64,000 nucleotides of DNA from Planctomycetota bacterium (GTDB taxonomy: Bacteria > Planctomycetota > SZUA-567 > H5-PLA8): positions 11,877-75,876 of the forward strand of contig JBBRPR010000043.1 of NCBI GenBank assembly GCA_038227875.1, in the 5' to 3' direction. Every line of letters begins with the position of its first letter. Position 1 is the stretch's first letter. Positions 9,017-18,374 of the stretch are shown here, in pieces. The notes under the pieces were generated by a model. That model was not told the origin of the DNA. It did no database searches and saw nothing but the letters and a program-made list of their open reading frames with translations. The translations under genes and the position numbers were made by a program.

Positions 9017-9634
9017 TCACATCATTCCAAAGTCCAACGATTCGTCTTCGCCTTCGGCTGCTTCGGTATCGTCTTCCACGGGCGCCGCCGCCTGTTCCAA
9101 ACCTACGAAATGAATCGACGTCGGCTGACCCACGCACATGAAGACCGTGCCGTCCTGTCCGGCGAGCAGGAAGCCGACGTCCGCCTCCAGTCCGCCGCGG
9201 AAACTATAGGGGAACGAGAAGATCGTCCCTTTCTTGAGCTCCGCGGCCAGCGGCGCGAGATCGCCCTCGCAGCGCAGCACGTAGACGCCTTTGATGTTGT
9301 GCGAGAGGTAATCTTCGAGTGTCGCGAGCTTGGTCAGCGGCACCGGCGCACCGTAGGTTGACTGCACCGGCGTGATGGTCCGGCCTTCGGGGTCGACGGG
9401 CTGCAGCTTGGTTTTGTCGAGCCACAAACCATCGGACGAAAGATACGCAAACGAGCTCCCGCCCTGTCCGACGATGGTGCGGCCGTCGTCGGCGAGGGTG
9501 GCCAGCTGGCATTTGCGGCTCTTGCCGTCGAGCGCTTCGACATCGACGAAGCCGTAAAGCTTCGTGCGGTCGACCTTGTCGGGACTGCAGACAAAGTCCG
9601 TGCCGTTGAACTGAAACGTCAGAGCTCTCGCCAT
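9017..9634 (-). CDS. Hypothetical protein, candidate divergent Ku-like subunit with acidic tail
   Basis: ATG at 9634 (MARALTF) preceded by GGGGTG; 205 aa; ends EDDTEAAEGEDESLDFGMM; first gene of the ligase operon. Confidence 0.7.
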   Translation of the reverse strand: MARALTFQFNGTDFVCSPDKVDRTKLYGFVDVEALDGKSRKCQLATLADDGRTIVGQGGSSFAYLSSDGLWLDKTKLQPVDPEGRTITPVQSTYGAPVPLTKLATLEDYLSHNIKGVYVLRCEGDLAPLAAELKKGTIFSFPYSFRGGLEADVGFLLAGQDGTVFMCVGQPTSIHFVGLEQAAAPVEDDTEAAEGEDESLDFGMM

Positions 9635-9835
9635 ATCCGCACCCCAATTTATAGGTTGTAGTGTCAAAACATAACAGAGCGCCGTCGAACGGGCAAGAAG
9701 GCTTGGCGAGCGGGCACTCACATCACAAATTGACCACCCGCCGCTCAGAAACACCATCTAATTGGCCAGCGCGCCTATTCTCAATCCCCTTCGCATCTGA
9801 TTAACTGAAAACTTCATGACCGGAGAACCTCAACA

Positions 9836-11989
9836 GTGCCAAACGTCACATTCGATCAACGCTCCGTCCGCCTGGATGGCAAGCCTGTGCCGATTATTTG
9901 CGGGGCGATCCACTATGCGCGCAGCACGCCGGGAATGTGGCCGGAACTGCTTCGCGCTTCCGTCGAAGCGGGCATCAACACCATCGATACGTATGTGTTC
10001 TGGGGTTTGCACGAACGCGAGAAGCGCAGGTACGACTTCACCGGCCGCCTGGATCTCGCCTACTTCTTGAGCCTCTGTCAGCAGCACAAATTGAACGTGC
10101 TGCTGCGCATCGGACCGTACATTTGTGCGGAGACCAATTTTGGAGGCCTGCCGCCGTGGCTGATTCACGAACCCGGGCTGGTCACACGCACCGATAACGC
10201 TGCTTGGAAACGCGAAGTGCTGACGTGGTGCAAGGTGCTGATGGCGCAGATCGGAGAATTTCAGGCGACGCGCGGCGGTCCGGTGATCCTGGCGCAGCTG
10301 GAGAATGAATACAACACCGTCGCCAAGCATTACGGCGCCGACGGCCCGAAATACATGGACTGGGTCATCGCCAGTGCGAAGGAAATGGGACTGGAAGTAC
10401 CGCTGGTAATGTGCGAAGCGCCCGGCGACAACAAGCTGGAACTCCACGACGCGTCGCTGCCGCGCATTATTAAAGGGATGAACGGCTTCGCCATCGCCGA
10501 TCGCGTTCCGGAATTTCAGCGCCAGTTTCCCGCCGCGCCGCCGATCTGGACGGAAGCGTGGGGCGGGTGGTACACGAATTTCGGCGACGTGACCCACTTC
10601 CGCGAGGACGCCGATTTCGCGTGCGCGATCGCGCACTTTTTCGCCGTTGGCGGAGCCGGCGTCAGCTACTACATGTGGCACGGCGGCACGAATTTCGGTC
10701 GCGAATCGGTCTACATGCAGACGACGACCTACGATTCCAACGCGCCGCTGGACGAATATGGCCTGCCGCAGCGCGCCTTCGCGCACCTCAAACGCCTCAA
10801 CCACATCGTCGCTGATCACGCCGAAGTGCTGCTCGAAGGCACGCGCAGCGTTCAGGTGCTCGAAGCGCCGCGCGAGAAGGAACCGCTGCCGCGCGCCGCG
10901 ATTTATTCGTGCGCGAAAGGCACGCGGACGCTCGCGTTTCTGATCAACGAATCCGGGCAACCGTACACCATGAAATCCGGCGCACTCTCGATCGCGTTAA
11001 AATCAAAGAGCTGCGCGATCACGCTCGATCTCAACGGCGACACACGCGTGCTCTTTGAAAGTCATCCGGCCACTGCCGAGGCCGCGATTCAACCGCCACC
11101 CGCCGCGCAGTGGGCGGCGTCGAACGTCGAACTGAACTTCGTTGCTTTCGATGAGCCGCTCCCCGATGAACAACCGACAAAATTCTCGAACGCGATTGCG
11201 ATGTCCGAGCCGCGATCGATGCTGCCGCACACGCGCGATCTGAGCGACTACGGCTGGTACCAGACGGTGCTCAGCAGCGCCACCGACCGCGATGCGACGG
11301 TGGTCCTGCCGGAAGTTCACGACTTCTCGACGCTGTACCTCAACGGAAAATTTGTCGGTAGTCAGCCGGAACGCTTGAACGAGGACCCGAAGATTTTCGC
11401 CAAGCACACCTATAATGTGCGGCTGAAGAAGGGCGAGAATCGCATCAGTATCCTCGCCAGCGCGCTGGGTCTGATCAAAGGCGATTGGGCTTACAACGAA
11501 CCGATGAGCAAAGAGCGCAAAGGAGTCATCGGTGCGATGCTCGTCGACGGCATGCCGCAATCGCTGTGGTGGACGCTCCACGCCGGACTCTTTGGGGAAC
11601 GCGCGCGGCTCTTCGCGCCCGACACGTCCGATCTGGCCGCGTGGCAGGCCGGGCCGCTCACGCCGCGCCGCCTGCGCTGGTACCGCGCGAAATTCAAAAC
11701 GCCGGATTCGCTGTTGAAAGCCCGGGCGCTCGCGCTCGATGTCGGCGCGCTCTACAAGGGCTTGATCTGGCTTAATGGCGAGTGCCTTGGCCGCTACTGG
11801 CAGATTCCCGCAACCGACTACGTCGCCGAATGGATGCGCGGCATGACGCAAACCTACGGCGCCGGCCAACCCGTTCAGCAGCGCTATCACATTCCGAAAG
11901 ACTGGCTGAGGGCCGAGAACACGCTGGTGGTCCTGGAAGAAACGGAGGCCTTTCCCCGCGGTGTGAAGCTGTTGGAGCGCGCGGTGTAG
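9836..11989 (+). CDS. Beta-galactosidase, glycoside hydrolase family 35
   Basis: GAIHYARS, LRIGPYICAE, GGPVILAQLENEY, WTEAWGGWY, YYMWHGGTNFGR, YDSNAPLDEYG. Confidence 0.92.
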   Translation: MPNVTFDQRSVRLDGKPVPIICGAIHYARSTPGMWPELLRASVEAGINTIDTYVFWGLHEREKRRYDFTGRLDLAYFLSLCQQHKLNVLLRIGPYICAETNFGGLPPWLIHEPGLVTRTDNAAWKREVLTWCKVLMAQIGEFQATRGGPVILAQLENEYNTVAKHYGADGPKYMDWVIASAKEMGLEVPLVMCEAPGDNKLELHDASLPRIIKGMNGFAIADRVPEFQRQFPAAPPIWTEAWGGWYTNFGDVTHFREDADFACAIAHFFAVGGAGVSYYMWHGGTNFGRESVYMQTTTYDSNAPLDEYGLPQRAFAHLKRLNHIVADHAEVLLEGTRSVQVLEAPREKEPLPRAAIYSCAKGTRTLAFLINESGQPYTMKSGALSIALKSKSCAITLDLNGDTRVLFESHPATAEAAIQPPPAAQWAASNVELNFVAFDEPLPDEQPTKFSNAIAMSEPRSMLPHTRDLSDYGWYQTVLSSATDRDATVVLPEVHDFSTLYLNGKFVGSQPERLNEDPKIFAKHTYNVRLKKGENRISILASALGLIKGDWAYNEPMSKERKGVIGAMLVDGMPQSLWWTLHAGLFGERARLFAPDTSDLAAWQAGPLTPRRLRWYRAKFKTPDSLLKARALALDVGALYKGLIWLNGECLGRYWQIPATDYVAEWMRGMTQTYGAGQPVQQRYHIPKDWLRAENTLVVLEETEAFPRGVKLLERAV

Positions 11990-12093
11990 GCCAGCGTCCC
12001 GATTCATTACACTCCTTTTCGGTTTCCAACGCCGCTCGCGCGCGCTAAGCTTTGCGCCGTTCGAACGCGTGGTCCCATCAGGAGAATTCCCGC

Positions 12094-14433
12094 ATGCAGC
12101 GACGCCACTTCCTGGCCGTCATTTCAATTGCAGCGTTGGCCGTGTCGCTGTCCGCGTCTGCGGCGGAGGACGCCTCGCCCGGTCTGGAAGGCTTGCCTGC
12201 GGTCGTGGCCGATGTCAACGGGCACCCGATTACCCGCGAGGATCTCGTCCGTGAACTGGCGGGACGCTCCGGCCAGGCGGCGCTCGACCGTTTGATCCGA
12301 CGCACGCTGGTGGAACAGGAAGCGGAAGCGTCGCACGTCAAGGTCACCGACGACGAAATCGAAGCTCAGTACAAGATCGACACCCGCGACTTGATGAAAG
12401 AGCTGATCAATATTCCGTGGAATGGCAAGGACAACAGCAAGCCGTTTCCCATGGCCGACATCATCCGCGCGCGCTTTCGCATGAGCGTCGAGGAGTACAA
12501 AAAATTGGTCATCCGGCAGAAGCTGATCATCCGCCGCTGCGTGGCCAAGGATCTGCATCCAACACAGGCGGAGTTGCGCAAGTTCTTCGACGACTACCGC
12601 GAATTCTTCTTTCAGCAGCCGGTGCGCTATCACGCCTGCCACATTCTGATCACGCCGCTGGATCCGCGCGACGTCAACCGCGGCTTCCAGTTTCAGACCA
12701 GCATCGGCCAGATGGACCGCGAGAAAAGCGAACGCCTGAAGCGGATCCAACTCTACAAGGACTACAATGTTGACCTGAGCAACGCGCCGTCCGTCGACGA
12801 CCTCGCTCCGGAATGGGCCAAGGCGCGGACGATTGCGGAGAAGGTGCTGCGCGACATCAAGTCGGGCGTCAAAACGTGGGATCAGGCACTGCGTGAGAAC
12901 ACGCAGGATCCGCTGGACGTGGAACGCGTGGACCGCAAGACGGGAAAGAAAATTCCTTCGGAGCGTTCGCGCTCGCTGGTGCAGCCGCCGGTAGCGCCGG
13001 GCGACGTGGGCTGGTTCCACCTGGACGGTCCGCTGGTGAAGAAGTTCTATGAGGGCGCGAAAAACCTGGCGCCGGGGGAAATCGGCGGGCCGGTGCAGAC
13101 GGAGTACGGCTTCCACTTGATCAAGATGCTCGAAGTCGATCGCCCGCCGCCGGTCACCTTCGAACAGTGCGGCGCGAAAGTCGAAGAGGTCTTTATCGAG
13201 CACGCGATTCAGCTGCGACTGCTGCCGGAAGACCCCACGGAAATCGGCTGGCTCGAACAGCTCTACAACAGCGCGCAGATCCAGATGGAACAAGTCTACA
13301 TCTGGCCGCCGCTGCAGACGGCCACGCGCATCGACGGACCCGTCGCCGTCGCCGCCGAACAGGTCGATCCCGATCCGATCATCGCGCACGTCGGCCCGAC
13401 CATCCTCAAGCGTTCCGACGTCTGGCGCGAACTGGTCCGCTACGAAAGCGAGGAAGCGCTCACGCGTCTGATCAATCGCGAAATGGTGCTGACAATGCTC
13501 AAGCCCATGGGTATCGCGCGCATGGACTGGGAGTGCGGCCGCGCGGACTTGAAGCGCCAGGTGCCTCCGCCGCCGCCCACGCCAATCACGATCCCGCCGG
13601 AGGTGCTCGACCAGGAGCTCAACAGCGACCGCATCCGCTGGGATATGCTCAACGCCGACCGCCAGCATCTGACGCCGCCGCTCCCGGAATTGACGTTCAA
13701 GGATTTCATCTACCAGCAGTACGGGCAGAAGCTGGATGAGTACAAACGATCGCTGGAGGCCGGGCGCGTGCTGCTGGAGGCGGTGCGCAAGAAAGTGCAG
13801 GTCGATTCGGAAACGCTGCGCGTGCAGTTTGCGATTTCGCGACCGGACTATTCCGTGCCGGCTTGGTATGAAATTTCACACATCATGATCGTCCCGACCG
13901 GCGGCCAGAAAGCCGATAAAAGCGCAAAGCTGAGCGCCCGAATGATCGCCGACCAGTTGTACCGGCAGTGCAGCAACAATCCGGAACAGTTCGAACCGTT
14001 TGTGCCGCAGTATTCCGCAGATACCGCCACCAAATCCCGCGGCGGCAGCCTCGGCGCGCTGCTTTCCGAAGGCCGCCGAGATCCAAACCAGTTGCGCAAT
14101 GCCACCGACTCGCTCAGCAGCGATGACGCACGGATGATTTACGACGCGATTGTGAAAAACAAAACCACGCGCGGCCAGATCGTCTTTGTGCAGACGATGC
14201 ACGGGTACCACATTGTCCGCATCGATGCCGTGCACGCCGAACGCCAGGTGGATTTCGAAGAAGTGCTGCCGCGGCTGGAACGCGATTACATGACTGAGCG
14301 CGCGAAGATGTATTCCGACATCTGGCTGCGCGAATTAAATGTGCAGGCCCGCGTCAAACGATTCTTCGGGACCACGGAGAACGAGGAACCCAAAGGCGAC
14401 GTGCACGATAATTTCCCGCTGCCGAAGAAATAA
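12094..14433 (+). CDS. Secreted foldase with two SurA-N-like/parvulin (PpiC) modules
   Basis: AGGAG RBS; signal peptide; VADVNGHPITRE; parvulin motifs ACHILI...GPVQTEYGFHLIK and ISHIMI...VQTMHGYHIVR. Confidence 0.85.
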   Translation: MQRRHFLAVISIAALAVSLSASAAEDASPGLEGLPAVVADVNGHPITREDLVRELAGRSGQAALDRLIRRTLVEQEAEASHVKVTDDEIEAQYKIDTRDLMKELINIPWNGKDNSKPFPMADIIRARFRMSVEEYKKLVIRQKLIIRRCVAKDLHPTQAELRKFFDDYREFFFQQPVRYHACHILITPLDPRDVNRGFQFQTSIGQMDREKSERLKRIQLYKDYNVDLSNAPSVDDLAPEWAKARTIAEKVLRDIKSGVKTWDQALRENTQDPLDVERVDRKTGKKIPSERSRSLVQPPVAPGDVGWFHLDGPLVKKFYEGAKNLAPGEIGGPVQTEYGFHLIKMLEVDRPPPVTFEQCGAKVEEVFIEHAIQLRLLPEDPTEIGWLEQLYNSAQIQMEQVYIWPPLQTATRIDGPVAVAAEQVDPDPIIAHVGPTILKRSDVWRELVRYESEEALTRLINREMVLTMLKPMGIARMDWECGRADLKRQVPPPPPTPITIPPEVLDQELNSDRIRWDMLNADRQHLTPPLPELTFKDFIYQQYGQKLDEYKRSLEAGRVLLEAVRKKVQVDSETLRVQFAISRPDYSVPAWYEISHIMIVPTGGQKADKSAKLSARMIADQLYRQCSNNPEQFEPFVPQYSADTATKSRGGSLGALLSEGRRDPNQLRNATDSLSSDDARMIYDAIVKNKTTRGQIVFVQTMHGYHIVRIDAVHAERQVDFEEVLPRLERDYMTERAKMYSDIWLRELNVQARVKRFFGTTENEEPKGDVHDNFPLPKK

Positions 14434-14437
14434 ATAG

Positions 14438-14464
14438 AGTCAGCAGAAGATTCTTCTGCTGACT
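14438..14464. repeat. Perfect 13-bp-arm palindrome after the foldase stop (terminator-like)
   Basis: AGTCAGCAGAAGA-t-TCTTCTGCTGACT. Confidence 0.7.
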
Positions 14465-14530
14465 GACCGGAATTGGCACCGGTATTGACGAGAATTGTTA
14501 AATTAGTACCGAACACCCACGCGTTCGTCG

Positions 14531-14546
14531 TGGCATGCCAAATGCT
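14531..14546 (+). promoter_or_regulatory. Candidate sigma54 (-24/-12) promoter
   Basis: TGGCATGCCAAATGCT has GG-N10-GC spacing, about 100 bp upstream of the 14643 ATG. Confidence 0.45.
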
Positions 14547-14642
14547 TTATTCAAATTAGCTCGAATTGAATTTGTACGAATTCGGCGTACATGCGTCCGC
14601 ATGCGCGCTGTGCTTTCGCGTTCCTTATGAGTCGAGGATGGC

Positions 14643-16328
14643 ATGAGTACTTCAGGAAATGTCAGTCGTGCGCCCATCGGTTCTCTTGGAATATTCGAAC
14701 AACTGCGGAGCGCGACGTGGCGCGTACTGCAGCGGAATGGAATTCTGTATCTGCTCAGCGCCCTTTTCATGCTGATTGGATGCTACCTGGTCTGCCAGCC
14801 GCACCTTCTGGAATATAAACAATTCAGCAGTCTGCTCACGCTGCTTTCAGTGGTGAATTGTTACGAAGTCATGGTGATTGCCGCGTGCGTGCATATTCTG
14901 CGGCGGCTGCCATCGAGCCGCGAGAGCAGCACGCTGATCGTGGTGGAAGTTCTATTTCTGCTCGACGCCACGTTCACCAACAACAGTTGTCTGGCAGTCA
15001 ATTTTTCCCGCGGAATGCTCGTCTTAACGGTGGCCATGACGCTTGGATTCGTGAAATTCTACGCGCTGGAATCGGCTGCCGGCCCAGGCCGTTCGTACTT
15101 TGGTGAAAGCCGCGGAATTCTTGTCGCGTCTATGGTCTTCACCTATTCCTTCCAACCCGTGATGGCCGCGCACGCGCCGCAAGCGGGTGCGCTGCAATCG
15201 TGTATGACCTACCTCGTCTGGCTGGGCTACGGCGCATTGCCGCTTTTCATTCATAAAATGGATACGCCGGTCGCGGCGGTGGCGTCGAGCGCTGAGGTGC
15301 GCGCGGTATTTCAGGAGAAGAATCTGCAGCGCGTCGTGATGGTCATGGCACTGGTGGTGCCGCTGCTCCATGTCGCCGGACAGTCGTGGGTCCATCGCGC
15401 GCCATTCGAATGGGATTTCCTGGTTCCGATGCTTGTCGGACTGATGCTTGCCTTGCCGGAGCTCTTTCCGGACATTTCCAAAACGTATACACGTCTCGCG
15501 ACATTGGCGCTGCTCGGTGGGTGCGTACTGACCAGCGGCGCAGACACGGGATGGCGAATTCATCTCGATCCTCTTCCAGCCGAGCTTTCGTCGACACGCT
15601 TAACGCTGCTCTTCTCCGCAGCTTGTTTTATACTCGGCTGGCTGCGGTCCGGTCGGACTAGCCGGCTGGATTTGGCGCTGGCGGCGTTGACGGCAATGCT
15701 GGCGCTGTTCGGCAGTCATTCCGGAAATATGTTCGAGTTCTTGTTAGCGCCGAAGGGTTTGAAGATTATTATTTTTATAGTTCTCTCGGTGACATGGGCA
15801 TTTTTTGATCGAAATTATTGGTTGCATTCTGCCTTAATTATCGCCAATTTGTTTCTCGTCCTTCAATGCTTCTCCGCGGGCAATGAATCGCTACAAATGC
15901 CGAGTGAATTATTCTATTATATTCCAATCGTCGCATTCTTGGTGATGCTCCCGTACCGAAGCGTGGCGGAAGTGTGGGCGTTGGTACCGTATGTGACGAT
16001 TTTTGTCTGCGGTTGTCTTAGGGCCGGCGAGTTGAACGGCGTTGCGTTGCTATACGCGGTGATCGCAGGGGGCGCAATTGCCGCAGGTTATCTGCTCTAT
16101 GGCCGCGCCGCCGTTTACGCGGTGTGCGCGTACCTGGTGATCGTGCTGCTGCGCCGCTGGAACGGGGGTGCGACAACTGGAATCAGCTGGGGCTGGCTCG
16201 CCATCGTGCTTGCTTTCGCTCTGTTCGTACTGGGCTTCTACGGAACCCGCTCACGCCTGACTTCCACTGCGGAAGGCAACAGGTTCGACGAAATGAGCGA
16301 CGCGTTCTCCAGCACGCTGCCGCCTTAG
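14643..16328 (+). CDS. Polytopic integral membrane protein of unknown function
   Basis: 561 aa with many hydrophobic helices; GAGG RBS. Confidence 0.75.
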   Translation: MSTSGNVSRAPIGSLGIFEQLRSATWRVLQRNGILYLLSALFMLIGCYLVCQPHLLEYKQFSSLLTLLSVVNCYEVMVIAACVHILRRLPSSRESSTLIVVEVLFLLDATFTNNSCLAVNFSRGMLVLTVAMTLGFVKFYALESAAGPGRSYFGESRGILVASMVFTYSFQPVMAAHAPQAGALQSCMTYLVWLGYGALPLFIHKMDTPVAAVASSAEVRAVFQEKNLQRVVMVMALVVPLLHVAGQSWVHRAPFEWDFLVPMLVGLMLALPELFPDISKTYTRLATLALLGGCVLTSGADTGWRIHLDPLPAELSSTRLTLLFSAACFILGWLRSGRTSRLDLALAALTAMLALFGSHSGNMFEFLLAPKGLKIIIFIVLSVTWAFFDRNYWLHSALIIANLFLVLQCFSAGNESLQMPSELFYYIPIVAFLVMLPYRSVAEVWALVPYVTIFVCGCLRAGELNGVALLYAVIAGGAIAAGYLLYGRAAVYAVCAYLVIVLLRRWNGGATTGISWGWLAIVLAFALFVLGFYGTRSRLTSTAEGNRFDEMSDAFSSTLPP

Positions 16329-16418
16329 CTGGACTGACTTCTGCCGCTGCCTCCTGCCTTCTGATCGCTACCTCGCCGTGCGATAGCGTCCCGCGCAATG
16401 CAAGGTATACTCGCGACC

Positions 16419-18320
16419 ATGTCACTGGTCTCGCTCTCCAATCTTGAAAAGGCGTTCGGTCCGCGCGCTGTCTTGAAACAGCTCTCGCTCTCGGTCGAGC
16501 CTGGCGACCGCATGGGGCTGATCGGGCGCAACGGCTGCGGCAAGTCGACGCTGATCAACATCATCATTGGCCGCGAGGAGACCGACCGCGGGCAGGTGCA
16601 CCGGTCGCGTGATTTAAAGCTCGCGTGGCTCGACCAGAATCCCGATCTTAATCCGACGCTCTCCGTGTGGGACGAAGCCCGCACGGCGCTCGCCGGGCTG
16701 GCGGAACTCGAACAGCGCATCAACGATTGGCACCACAAGATCGCCGAAGCCGAGAACCACGAACTCAGCGCTGCCGAACACGCCGCGTTTGCGCGCGACG
16801 AAGCGCAATTCGCCGCGATGGACGGTTTCAGCCGCGAACGCCGCCTGCAAATCGCGCTCAAGAAACTGGGCCTCGACGAAATGCTCGACCGGCCCTGTGC
16901 GCAACTGTCCGGCGGGGAACGGACGCGCCTGGCGCTGGCCAAGTTTTTGGTCTCGCCCTTCGACCTGCTGATCCTCGACGAACCGACCAATCACCTCGAC
17001 GTCAACGGCATCGAATGGCTGCAGGAAGCGCTGCTGGAAACCGCGCGCACCTTCATCGTCGTCAGCCACGATCGCGCGTTTCTCGACGCCGTCGCCACGA
17101 AGGTCGCGGAAATCGAGGACGGTAAAGTCACGGTGATCAGCGGCAACTACACACAGTTTGCGATGGTCAAGGCCGACCGCCTCAAGTCGTTGCAGCGCGC
17201 GGCCGATCTCGAGACAGAATTCCTTGAGAAGGAAATGGAATTCATCCGCCGCCACATCAACAGCCAGCGCACGCGCGAGGCAAAAGGACGGTTGAAAAAA
17301 CTCGAACGCCGCGAAGTAATCGAAGTCAAAGCCGACGAGCGCGCTGTGAACGTGCGCTTCAAGGGCGGAAAGACGCACGCCGATGTGGTGCTCAGCGCGA
17401 CAGGTTTGAGCAAAGAGCTCGGCGGAAGGATGCTCTTCAAGGAACTGAGCCTGGAAATTTACCGTGGCGAAAAGATCGGCATCGTCGGCCCCAACGGCGC
17501 GGGCAAAACCACACTGCTGAAAGTACTGCTCGGAAAACTTCCTGCCACCGAAGGTAAACTGCGCCTCGCGCCGCAACTGCATGTCGGTTCGTTCACGCAG
17601 GACCTCTCTCATCTAATCGACGACCGGACCGTGTTGGAAGAATATGGCCGTCTGGCCAATCCGCCGAACTTGAACGCCGCACGCGGACCGCTGGGCGCGT
17701 ACTTGTTTTCGGGCGCTCGTGTCGAACAGAAAGTCGGCAGCTTAAGCGGCGGAGAGCGCGCGCGGCTGGCGCTGTGCGTGCTCGTCTCGAAAGAAAACGA
17801 CGTACTGGTGCTCGACGAGCCCACAAATCATCTCGACATTCCGTCGCGGCAGGCGCTGGAAGAGTCGCTCCTCAATTACCCCGGCACGTGCCTGATCGTC
17901 AGCCACGACCGCCGCTTCCTCGACCGCGTGACGACCCGCACGCTCTGGATCGATGGGGCGCGGACGAAGACATACCTCGGCTCATACACCGAAGCCCGCG
18001 CGCTGCGCGAAGAAGAACTCGCCGACGCGGAAGCCGCTCAGGCCAGCACTGAAGCGCGCCGTGAAAAGGAAAAGCCGTCGAAGGCCGATCCGGTGTTGCC
18101 GAAGCAGAAGAAGATCAACGAATTCAAGCTCAACGCGATCGAGACGGAAATCGCCGAGCTGGAACAGCGCAAGGAGAAGCTGAACGCGGCGCTCTACGAC
18201 GAGGCGATTTTCCGCGACGGCAATAAAATGCGCGAGATCAACGCGGAGTTGGAGGAGATCGAAAGGAAGCTGACGCAGCTTCAGGCCGAATGGGAAGCGG
18301 TGATCGATGCGGCGGGATGA
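16419..18320 (+). CDS. ABC-F family ATPase (Uup/YheS-like) with C-terminal coiled coil
   Basis: Two NBDs (GRNGCGKST/LSGGE/LDEPTNHLD and GPNGAGKTT/LSGGE/LDEPTNHLD), inter-domain linker, no TM domain. Confidence 0.92.
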   Translation: MSLVSLSNLEKAFGPRAVLKQLSLSVEPGDRMGLIGRNGCGKSTLINIIIGREETDRGQVHRSRDLKLAWLDQNPDLNPTLSVWDEARTALAGLAELEQRINDWHHKIAEAENHELSAAEHAAFARDEAQFAAMDGFSRERRLQIALKKLGLDEMLDRPCAQLSGGERTRLALAKFLVSPFDLLILDEPTNHLDVNGIEWLQEALLETARTFIVVSHDRAFLDAVATKVAEIEDGKVTVISGNYTQFAMVKADRLKSLQRAADLETEFLEKEMEFIRRHINSQRTREAKGRLKKLERREVIEVKADERAVNVRFKGGKTHADVVLSATGLSKELGGRMLFKELSLEIYRGEKIGIVGPNGAGKTTLLKVLLGKLPATEGKLRLAPQLHVGSFTQDLSHLIDDRTVLEEYGRLANPPNLNAARGPLGAYLFSGARVEQKVGSLSGGERARLALCVLVSKENDVLVLDEPTNHLDIPSRQALEESLLNYPGTCLIVSHDRRFLDRVTTRTLWIDGARTKTYLGSYTEARALREEELADAEAAQASTEARREKEKPSKADPVLPKQKKINEFKLNAIETEIAELEQRKEKLNAALYDEAIFRDGNKMREINAELEEIERKLTQLQAEWEAVIDAAG

Positions 18321-18374
18321 AGCGAGCAGTCAAGCGGTGAACAGGCGAGCAGGTGAGAGGCGTACGGTGTTCCT

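Noticed and set aside
7171..9141. 656-aa plus-strand ORF, and similar long antisense ORFs (12124-13668, 38694-40406, 47844-49724, 56108-57571, 61190-63344)
   Set aside because: They are shadows of well-supported genes on the opposite strand, as expected in GC-rich DNA, and have no recognisable motifs.
9635..9757. 41-aa N-terminal extension of the first operon gene
   Set aside because: It overlaps the divergent promoter region and has atypical composition; ATG 9634 has a plausible RBS.
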